Made by a program: the position numbers and the translations under genes
Assembly: GCF_001194135.2 (NCBI RefSeq)
Contig: NC_068986.1
Location: 69,665,872-69,729,871, forward strand
Length of the DNA stretch: 64,000 bases
Origin: Octopus bimaculoides
Taxonomy: Eukaryota
Direction: 5' to 3'
Notes under the pieces: model-generated
What the model saw: the letters and a program-made list of their open reading frames with translations, nothing else
What the model was told of the DNA's origin: nothing
Database searches by the model: none
Shown: positions 53,443 to 64,000 of the stretch, one piece after another
Layout of the letters: every line of letters starts with the position of its first letter
How positions within the stretch are numbered: the stretch's first letter is position 1

Positions 53443-56400
53443 CGTGCGTGTGTGCGCGCAAGCGCGTTTCTTTACGTGTCTATTTCTGTGAGTAAATATA
53501 ATTACTTCATAAAGTAATGGTGATATACTGTACTGCAGATTCGTCTAACTTATAGACTCGTACATGTATCTCTGGTTGTCTAGAAATATCTCGTATGTCG
53601 AGATATATGCTCTGTATTATACACTTAGCTAGTCTGCATACCTCTGTACATTTATTTCAATTTAGCTATAGTTACAAGCCCACATAATCTTTATAGTATT
53701 CATAAGCCCTTATTTTACTAAACTAAAAGTACAAATTATACACTAATACACACACGACACACACACACACACACACATACACACACAAACACATATGCAC
53801 ACAAACATATGCACACAAACACATATGCACACGCATATATATTCAAGTCCATTATGCCAAATTCCTGCTATTACTCTCTTATAAGTTTGCATACGAATTC
53901 TCCAATACACGCACACACCCAATCCTGCTTTCTTTTATATCTATTTCCCAGATATACGTAGACATACATACAAACACTCTCACGGATACACACATACACG
54001 AATGCGTGCGTGCGCGAACACACATACACACAAACGCACACATACACATACGTATTTCGTGTGTGAAACTTATGCACAGCTGGACACATATCAAGTCGCT
54101 TATACGTACGGATAAGCTTTATTTGTAAAATGAATATGAAGCATCAAATTGCGTCAAACTGGATCTTATGTGGTGACGTTGAAGAATTGGCAAGGTTTTA
54201 ACTGTGATCAACTCGTGAGAGAGAGAGAGGGGGGGGAGGAAAGAGGGTGAAAGGCAAGGAGGTAGACAGAGAAATTCAGAAAGAAAGAAAGAAAGATGTG
54301 TGAGAGAGGAGAGAGAAAGGAGTAGTGAGAGACAAAAGAGGTGAAAGAAGGGTACGCAAACTGCAGCTTATTTTCAGTCTAAGGCGACACTGCTGTTTAC
54401 TGGTCTGAACGACTTCCCAGCAAAATAGGGTGTCACGGTGATTCATTACATGACTTAACTTTGAACGCTGTCTCCCTTCTCTTTTGCCTTGTGTGTGTGT
54501 ACGTGTGCGTGAGTAAGCGTGTGCCTGTGTGCGTGTATGTGCGTACGTGTATATATGTGTATGCGTATGGGTGAGAGAGTGTCTTTGCTTTTTATGCTTT
54601 TGTATATGAAAGAATATTAGTGTATATGATGCATGACTACCCACACACACACTTACACTCATACATACACACACACACACACACACACACACTTACACTC
54701 ATACACACACACACTCGCACACACATATATATATGTGTGTATGCATATTTATCTATTTGTAAGCATGTGTGTGTGTGTGCATGTATATATGTATATGTGT
54801 GTGTGCATACACATATATATAGATACACATGTTCGCACATCATCCATAAACTCATACTATCTCTCTTTCTTTCATTCACTTAGTCACACACTCACACATA
54901 CACACACATACACACACACATATTTACTAAAATATTTTTGCATATATTTAAGTATATTTACACGTACGGAAATGGGATTCCTATGCCGAAGATGAAGAGT
55001 ACAACCACAAGACAATAAAAGAAGGCTAGGAAAGAGGTTACCACTACCGTTGTTACCATCTCAAATACATACTACCATCTACAATAGAGCCTTTGGGCCC
55101 CCGATACGATCAACCATCAAAGATCCCATTTTTAAGGGTGTCGACGTCCTTAAAAATTTCGGTGAACAAAACAAAAAAAGGAGAAAGAGCGAACACAGAG
55201 ATAGAGTATATTTTATATATTCTTACATAAATTCACAAATTCTCACAACACGCAATTTTCGAAAGCACTTCTTATCGGTTAGAAATTAAGATTAATTTAA
55301 GCGTGAAGATTGTGGTGGCNNNNNNNNNNNNNNNNNNNNNNNNNNNNNNNNNNNNNNNNNNNNNNNNNNNNNNNNNNNNNNNNNNNNNNNNNNNNNNNNN
55401 NNNNNNNNNNNNNNNNNNNNNNNNNNNNNNNNNNNNNNNNNNNNNNNNNNNNNNNNNNNNNNNNNNNNNNNNNNNNNNNNNNNNNNNNNNNNNNNNNNNN
55501 NNNNNNNNNNNNNNNNNNNNNNNNNNNNNNNNNNNNNNNNNNNNNNNNNNNNNNNNNNNNNNNNNNNNNNNNNNNNNNNNNNNNNNNNNNNNNNNNNNNN
55601 NNNNNNNNNNNNNNNNNNNNNNNNNNNNNNNNNNNNNNNNNNNNNNNNNNNNNNNNNNNNNNNNNNNNNNTAACTTTGATGTATGTGGTGGTGATAGTGG
55701 CGTCATTATTGTTGCTGTTATTGTTGTTGTTGGTGGTGGTAGTGGTGGTGACATTGGCAGTAATGGTGATGAATGTGGTGGCGGTGCTGTCCCTCTGTTT
55801 CTAATAGTCGTTGCAATAATGCAATAATGTACTAGGTGTGGCTGATACGGTTATGATATCTACATCGGTGTTGATGTAACTACTTTGTGTTTTCTTGTCT
55901 GCTTAAAAATGGAAAATATCTTACAGATTTTCACAATTCCATTCATGCAGAGAACCTGCAAAATGTTACGAGCCTTTGTTCGTGCCTTAAACACTTTTTA
56001 GCTTTTCAAGGTTATTTAGTCAGAACATTTTATTTTAACATTAGCATATAAAAAGCAATTTCAATCTTCAATTTGAAATTGTAGACAGGGTCATATATAT
56101 GTAAATGCGAACGAATAATATTGTATAAATAGTAAAATATATTTCTACATGCCCACATAAATGTACATGTATACGATAAATGTATCCACTGTATTTTGCA
56201 TGCACAAATCTGTGTAACCATATGCATATTCATGAGGCTGGAATTGCAGTTCTTATATTTTTTTCTAACTTAAAAGTCTCAGTGTTGTGTTTTTGATGCA
56301 GTTGTTTTGTTTTATTAGCTATTTATTGAAATTTGACATACATCCCCAGAATAAACGTAATTATAAATAGACTTTCCCTATCAGTTAATGGAAGAAATTC

Positions 56401-56703
56401 TTACTGCATTTGAGTTAATGTATGTGAAGTGGATGGTGCTGAAATGTGTCTTGAAATGAAGGTCATTTGTCAGAAAAATATAGAAGAGGTCATATGTTAG
56501 TAAGGGAGGGGGTTCTCAACATATGGTCACCATTAGAGTGTCAAACCCTTCCATTTAACGTATTTCACGAAAGCACTGTTATCAAAAAGATTAATTTGAG
56601 AATAAAATACTGGAACAGTTCTATATTTAAGAGATGAGGAATTATGTACATTATTTACATGATTTACTTTCTACGGATATTTGTCCTTATCTAGTTTGTT
56701 CTT

Positions 56704-56749
56704 AACACGACATTTCGGCTGATATACCCTCCAGCCTTCATCAGGTGTC
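56704..56749 (-). ncRNA. Minimal type I hammerhead ribozyme motif, core intact
   Basis: Minus strand reads GACAC CUGAUGA A GGCUG GAGGGUAUAU CAGCC GAAA U GUC GUGUU. Stem I is GACAC/GUGUU, stem II is GGCUG/CAGCC (5 bp), there is an extra A between A9 and G10.1, and the site is GUC. Confidence 0.7.
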
Positions 56750-56796
56750 TTGGGAAAATTTCGAACCTGGGTTCTCATTCCTAAGGTATTTTTCGA

Positions 56797-56962
<166 letters not shown>

Positions 56963-57012
56963 TGAACAATAACAGCAACAACAACAACAATAATAATAAT
57001 AATAATAATAAC

Positions 57013-57044
<32 letters not shown>

Positions 57045-57099
57045 CAATAACATCGAAAAATACCTTAGGAATGAGAACCCAGGTTCAAAATTTCCCCAA

Positions 57100-57145
57100 G
57101 ACATCTGAAAAAGGCTCGAGGGTACATCAGCCGAAACGTTGTATT
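57100..57145 (+). ncRNA. Degenerate hammerhead motif (mirror of 56704-56749)
   Basis: GACAU CUGAAAA A GGCUC GAGGGUACAU CAGCC GAAAC GUU GUAUU. It has G8->A in the core, a stem II mismatch and a palindromic AACGUU stem III. Confidence 0.55.
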
Positions 57146-58120
57146 AACAACAAACAAGATGAGGACAAATAACCGTCCAATGTAAATAATCTAAATAATG
57201 TAAATAATGAAAATACTGGAACCATAAATATCCAGTTGCAAATGTATAATAGAATCATAAAAATAACAATTTCTGTCTAAGTTAAAACAATGATAACAAT
57301 CTTTTCGTAATATAAGAATACAAACCAATAGCAACAGCAATGTAACAATGCTCATTGCAATTAATATCGATTTTTGGCCTCGGTGTTTTGCCTTACCTCT
57401 CATAAATGTTACATTGACATATTAAGCTTTAATGAAAAATTAAAATTAGTAGTTAAAATTGAGTATGCTCAGTGCTGATACTCAGGAACCTAGTATGTTA
57501 AATGTTCGTTTTCTGTATCTCATTTGCAGGTTACAAATAAATAAATAAATAGGCGTAATTCAAAACAATTGAATTCTATTTGGTTTCATTGTTCCAGCAT
57601 TTGATGCGCTTTTGCTGTCTGTTTCCGTCTTTATTGGCAGTCTTGTTACCGCCGTCATGTCCGACAGGAAATATCTTTGATATATGCTTCTTTATTGAGC
57701 GTCCATGTAAAAAGAATATATTTCTCCTATTAATGAATGCCTGTACGATGCGTAGCATATTTATATAAATATGGCTGTCAGTGAGCAGTTGTCTTATGAT
57801 TTATTGACTTCCAAAACGGTTCCACAGTTGAAATGATAAAACATTGTTTCTGCCTCTAGACTGAGTTTATGGAACAAAACATCTACAGTTAGATCAACCG
57901 ATCGATAGATATGAGGCTACATCGATACATAACTAAATAGATTTACATATATGCTTGTATTTGATTGCTGAAGACATAGTATCATCTTGTAGTTTACAAC
58001 AATCAAAGCCCAATTAAAATGTATGCATATTTTTGTGTTGTATATAATTACTTAGCTATTCATTTTGACGAATATTACGGAAAATATGTTGACAGAAATA
58101 CGACATAGAATATGTATGAC

Positions 58121-58169
58121 ACAACAATACCGATGGTCAGGCGGTGAAGTGGAGGACAAACACACAAAA

Positions 58170-58237
<68 letters not shown>

Positions 58238-58258
58238 ATACGACGGGCTTCCTTCAGT
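58121..58258 (-). mobile_element. SINE family B middle fragment with internal (CA)n/(TA)n
   Basis: caataccgatggtcaggcggtgaagtggaggacaaac (CA)(TA)n tatacgacgggcttccttcagt. Confidence 0.7.
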
Positions 58259-58376
58259 CATATACCAACAAAGCTGACCTGTTATCTTTTACCTTTTACA
58301 AAGAACATTATTTTAATGCTGTTGGTCAGCTTTCGACAAATCAATTTTTCCACTCGATATTGACATTCACCTTCAC

Positions 58377-58422
<46 letters not shown>

Positions 58423-59940
58423 ACGCTCTTACTACCTACATTCTAATTTATGGTTGTTGAAGTTTTTTACTCGCTGCATTCCTTTAAGAAGGCTATGAAC
58501 AACCAACTAGAAAATGGAGAATGTCGGTTTACGAAACTATTGAATTACGAAATTATTGAATACTCACATGACAAGACTTCTTCATGTGGCCTGATATGTA
58601 TGAGTGTATACGCTTCCAAACACACTATATGTATGGACATAAAATGATATATATACATATATACATCAATCGTGCAAAATTGATTGGATCATAAACTGCA
58701 CTTTATACATAACAAAATACAATAGCATATGCACACACTCACAGACTCACACACTCACTCTTTCTCCCCCTCTCTCTCTTTCTTTTTTTTGTCTCTCTCT
58801 ATTTCTGTAAGGCACAATGTAAAGAAAGATGCTCAAAGAAAGGTTTCAGCCTTATGACGTATGTATATTTTGTCGCTTGTTCGTTTATGGTTGTCAAACG
58901 AATTAGATGATGATCATCTTATTTAATTGTGGATTCCTTATGTCTATACATCACAATTCTCTCCAGATAGCTTCTGTAGTACACAGAACGATTGAACGTT
59001 TAGTTGAAAAAGCTTTAATCCATCAGTCCTCCCCCAACAGCGAGAACGTCAAAGTGAACGTTAGTAACTATGACTTTCACTTATCAAGAGTTCATTACAT
59101 TCTTATACGCAGAAATACATGGACGAAAATGAAGTGACTACATCCTTACATGGGCGAACATACTGTAACCATATATAACCAAAATTGAGAATACAGAATC
59201 GGCAGTATATCAATAGGTTCTTAAGTGATAAATCTCAAAACACATTCAGCTGTCGGGATATCATTGAAGATATCACCCTTTGAATCTACACTGTAAGAAG
59301 AGTTATGCGGTTTTACAATGCTTTTGTTGCTTATTAACAGCGTGCTGCATCTTTCTGTGACATCTGTTAACAGTACCAACGAAGCGACAGGTTGCTGGGG
59401 TATCTATCACACACTACATTGTGAGAAGATTTTATAGTCAACAAATGAAGACAATACATGTGACTAACACTCAAGATTGTAACATAAACATGAACGTCTT
59501 CGAAGTCCTACTAGTGTCTTTTCATGACAAAGAACTTACTCATGCTTATCCTCTAAGCCAGGTTAGGTACGTGCTTCCTTGATTATAAAAAATCACTACA
59601 GTGATGGTAACTTCAATTGCCTGATAAAATGTACCGCTATTGACCATCGACATCTCAGCACCGCGAACGGTTATCTTGACATAGCGCCGATGGCTGTGTT
59701 CAAAATGTCGGCTAGTAGTCTGAGTGTAACCGATTCCGCAGCATCTCTTATGGCGACGTATACATATCCCAATAGGTACATTGTTTTAATAATTGTATTA
59801 ACAAAAACGTACCTTAGTTAATACTACTAGATGCTACTTATTGAAAAGCTGAAATTTATTTAAAAAATTACGACAGTGAATTACTATTCATATCGACGTA
59901 ATTTTCATGTACAGCTCTTAAGCAGCTTTATATTGTGTGA

Positions 59941-59994
<54 letters not shown>

Positions 59995-60738
59995 CGTGTT
60001 TGGGCAACGAAGACACATACTCTCATATACTCACAAACACACACACAGGGACTCTCTCGCACATACACACGGAGACTCGCCCACATACACATTTGGACTC
60101 GCTCTCTTTCAATCCGCTTTTTATTTTTTCTATGTGTCTCTATTTCTCTTTCTCTCTTTTTTCCCTTCCTCTCTGTCTCTCACTCACTCACTCTCTCCCT
60201 CCCTCCCTTCCTCCCTCCGTCCCTTCCTCCCTTAAACTATCTCGCACACTTCTATTTTCTGTTTAAATGTTTATCAGATACCTTATACAGATGTATGAAC
60301 CTTTGTATCTTTGTACTGCAAAAATATATGCGCGTGCGCGTATACATATATATACCTACAGATACATATGTGAGCACATATATACATAAATATATACATA
60401 CATATGTGTATATATATATATACACATACATACACATACACATATATACTGTAACACTATAGGTTTGTTTTAACGTGCTAGAAGAGAAAGTTTGTTTATA
60501 ATCTCTCTGAAAGAAAATCACAAAATATAAACAAAACAGAAGCAATAGAGGCGACTACATTATTCGGATGAGGACCCTATCATGTTGTCTTTAGCTTTCC
60601 AGGTTTGTTGTGCTTGCCACCAGAGTAAGCTATCGTGTCATAGGGCTTATTAAACAAACTGCTAAGTTTGAACACGCGTACGTAGGTATATGCTATATTT
60701 GCATACATACATGAACGTACACACACACACACACATAC

Positions 60739-60781
<43 letters not shown>

Positions 60782-60913
60782 GACAGACAGATTTATATAT
60801 ATATATATATGAATATATATATGTATATATATATGAATATATATATATATGTATATATATATATACATGTATATATAAATACGTATATATATATATATAA
60901 ATATGTATATATG

Positions 60914-60944
<31 letters not shown>

Positions 60945-61843
60945 ATANNNNNNNNNNNNNNNNNNNNNNNNNNNNNNNNNNNNNNNNNNNNNNNNNNNNN
61001 NNNNNNNNNNNNNNNNNNNNNNNNNNNNNNNNNNNNNNNNNNNNNNNNNNNNNNNNNNNNNNNNNNNNNNNNNNNNNNNNNNNNNNNNNNNNNNNNNNNN
61101 NNNNNNNNNNNNNNNNNNNNNNNNNNNNNNNNNNNNNNNNNNNNNNNNNNNNNNNNNNNNNNNNNNNNNNNNNNNNNNNNNNNNNNNNNNNNNNNNNNNN
61201 NNNNNNNNNNNNNNNNNNNNNNNNNNNNNNNNNNNNNNNNNNNNNNNNNNNNNNNNNNNNNNNNNNNNNNNNNNNNNNNNNNNNNNNNNNNNNNNNNNNN
61301 NNNNNNNNNNNNNNNNNNNNNNNNNNNNNNNNNNNNNNNNNNNNNNNNNNNNNNNNNNNNNNNNNNNNNNNNNNNNNNNNNNNNNNNNNNNNNNNNNNNN
61401 NNNNNNNNNNNNNNNNNNNNNNNNNNNNNNNNNNNNNNNNNNNNNNNNNNNNNNNNNNNNNNNNNNNNNNNNNNNNNNNNNNNNNNNNNNNNNNNNNNNN
61501 NNNNNNNNNNNNNNNNNNNNNNNNNNNNNNNNNNNNNNNNNNNNNNNNNNNNNNNNNNNNNNNNNNNNNNNNNNNNNNNNNNNNNNNNNNNNNNNNNNNN
61601 NNNNNNNNNNNNNNNNNNNNNNNNNNNNNNNNNNNNNNNNNNNNNNNNNNNNNNNNNNNNNNNNNNNNNNNNNNNNNNNNNNNNNNNNNNNNNNNNNNNN
61701 NNNNNNNNNNNNNNNNNNNNNNNNNNNNNNNNNNNNNNNNNNNNNNNNNNNNNNNNNNNNNNNGTATATGTTTGTATATTTGTGTGTCTATATATATGTT
61801 CGTGTATATGTGTACATCATATATATATCCCCTTAACCGTTCC

Positions 61844-61875
<32 letters not shown>

Positions 61876-63025
61876 TCCTCCTTGACTTTCTCGTTGCTCA
61901 CACGTGACCAATGGCTATTCTTTCTTTCTTCCACTTCTTTCCCAAAGACATGACGTGCTTTTTTCTGTCTCTTGTCAAAGCTCGTTTTTCCAGCGTTCAC
62001 CACTTCCCATCGTTTTGGCTTAACAGCCCTCACCGTTTGTTTTTACTGTTTTGTTCTCACTGTCCTGTTTTTTTTCTTTTTTGTTACCACTTTCACTCTC
62101 CGCAAAAGATCCCAAATTTTATTTAATTTGCTTTGCGGGAAAGACTGTTTTAACGAAGTTGATACGCGGAGTAGATACGTGGAGTATATATATAAAGGAT
62201 ATGAGGAGTTTTCTTCAAGATGATTCAAGACTACTAGGTTTGTGTTATTGTGTTCAAATAGGTGCACTACCAAAATTCCATTTTAAACAGCAGTTGAAAT
62301 TGTGGTGATGTAACTGTATTGTCCAAAACGGCTAAAAGTGGCTTCCCTTTGAGTCGTTAGGAGTAGGTTAAGGAAGTCAGGAAAGGCAAACAATTAGGCA
62401 AGACATAACAGGGACATTTGATTTAAGTTAATTGTAACTGAATTTGATTGGATCCGTCCACTCTCTTGGATATAATGGACCATACAAATATCTTTGATGA
62501 AGAACTTTCTTCCACTATCTGACCTATATCTCTCAAAATACCCAAATTACAGTCTTCGCTCGATACGATGCTCTAATCGCTGGGATATCCCAGAAACAAC
62601 TGCCAGAGATTTTTTTTTTTTTTTTTACTATTTTTACCATTCATTATGTAGCTAAATTAGATTGAATTAAATTAAATTAAATGACCTTGTCACGCCTTGC
62701 CTGATTGTTTGCCTTTCCTTACCACTTTAACCTATANNNNNNNNNNNNNNNNNNNNNNNNNNNNNNNNNNNNNNNNNNNNNNNNNNNNNNNNNNNNNNNN
62801 NNNNNNNNNNNNNNNNNNNNNNNNNNNNNNNNNNNNNNNNNNNNNNNNNNNNNNNNNNNNNNNNNNNNNNNNNNNNNNNNNNNNNNNNNNNNNNNNNNNN
62901 NNNNNNNNNNNNNNNNNNNNNNNNNNNNNNNNNNNNNNNNNNNNNNNNNNNNNNNNNNNNNNNNNNNNNNNNNNNNNNNNNNNNNNNNNNNNNNNNNNNN
63001 NNNNNNNNNNNNNNNNNNNNNNNNN

Positions 63026-63067
<42 letters not shown>

Positions 63068-63647
63068 ACATCCGTTCAATTATAAGAAACAGTATGTTTA
63101 TAAAACGTTTGTTATGGTTGAAAAAAATACTACATGATAGTGCGTGGGGAAAAAAAGAAAGAAGATAAATGGCAAAACTTCCCAACAATTTCTCATAGTG
63201 TATCCCAAGGTTCGATTTTCCTAAGGTTGAACATGAGCACATCTAGTTTAATTATTCTAATATTAGAGATTGTTAAAATCAATGGTATATCCAATGACGT
63301 GGATGAGAAAGAGGGAAAAAGTGTTGCATTTGAAAGTAGTGCTGGAATAATTATGAAGAATATCAAGTGTGGAACGAAGTACAAAATATCAATACAGTAA
63401 CAAGTGCTTTGAAAATATTGATTGACAAACAAGGATTAAAATTGTTTGACCACGTTACGTGGGCAGATGGCAAGGTAAAGATTATCATGTTAGGAACAGA
63501 AGGAAAATGACCATGTGCGAAATAGAAGGAAATAAAACGAAGAAAATGAAATGAATAAATATATATATATGAAATGGAAATGATGAGAGATAATAGAAGC
63601 AAGCTGGAAGGATAACGAGGAAAGCAATAAAAGCAGTTGAAATACAT

Positions 63648-63844
63648 CCGTGGATGTGCTGAAAAGTTCCTGCCTTTAAGGTGATTGTGAAAGGCCTGGT
63701 TAGAGGCCCAAACTTTCGAGTTCTTTTACAGAGCTTAGAAATACTAAAACACCGCTGCAACAAATGTGTGAATATAGGATTAACTGGTGGTCCTCCTGTA
63801 CTTTCATCTACCCAAAGCTAGGGACTTTTCGGCACCCCTTCGTA
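63648..63844 (+). mobile_element. mariner-derived MITE
   Basis: Left end cgtggatgtgctgaaaagttcctgc versus right end reverse complement cgaaggggtgccgaaaagtccctagc, ending in TA. The interior reads LKHRCNKCVNIG (cf. the mariner C-terminus LxxRWxKCxxxxG). Confidence 0.7.
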
Positions 63845-64000
63845 AATTTAATAAAAGTTAATGCAATAATAATTAGTAGAATATATAGATCCGCTAACAA
63901 TCGCATCTTATTCACATTACAGTGCAGTTTTTTTTCTCTGATTCCTTCTACCTAGTAATTAACACGTATACACAGAAGGAATATGCTCACGTATTCATAT

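Overview
AT-rich animal genomic DNA from a short-read scaffold with 15 N-gaps, most of them bordered by microsatellites. The repeat landscape (tRNA-derived SINEs with internal microsatellites, abundant (TA)n/(CA)n/(AAT)n) suggests an octopus genome; this is an inference. Nearly all ORFs in the supplied track are microsatellite or gap artefacts. I can support only one host coding exon: a 144-nt phase-0/0 exon at 41919-42062 (+) encoding the XPG/ERCC5 spacer segment SHYQNIKDVNVDSEEFQALPPEIQHEFLKEMKESMKRSSWNQIQELPE. The window therefore looks mostly intronic to ERCC5. The rest is TE debris: about 20 SINE copies or fragments, LINE RT, CRE-type RLE, Penelope-like, Gypsy-like, Chapaev-like and Tc1/mariner relics, plus piggyBac and mariner MITEs. 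The most notable signal is four hammerhead ribozyme (HHR) motifs from three unrelated repeat contexts. (i) A ~590-bp foldback element at 56617-57209 has a 13-bp flanking direct repeat, a tRNA-like centre and an HHR in each arm. (ii) A 351-bp-period direct repeat at 38475-38959 carries a decayed HHR inside a rod-like hairpin and resembles a retrozyme. (iii) An HHR with a canonical core lies at 45555-45624. Both core-intact HHRs are antisense to ERCC5, and the only sense copy has a core mutation.
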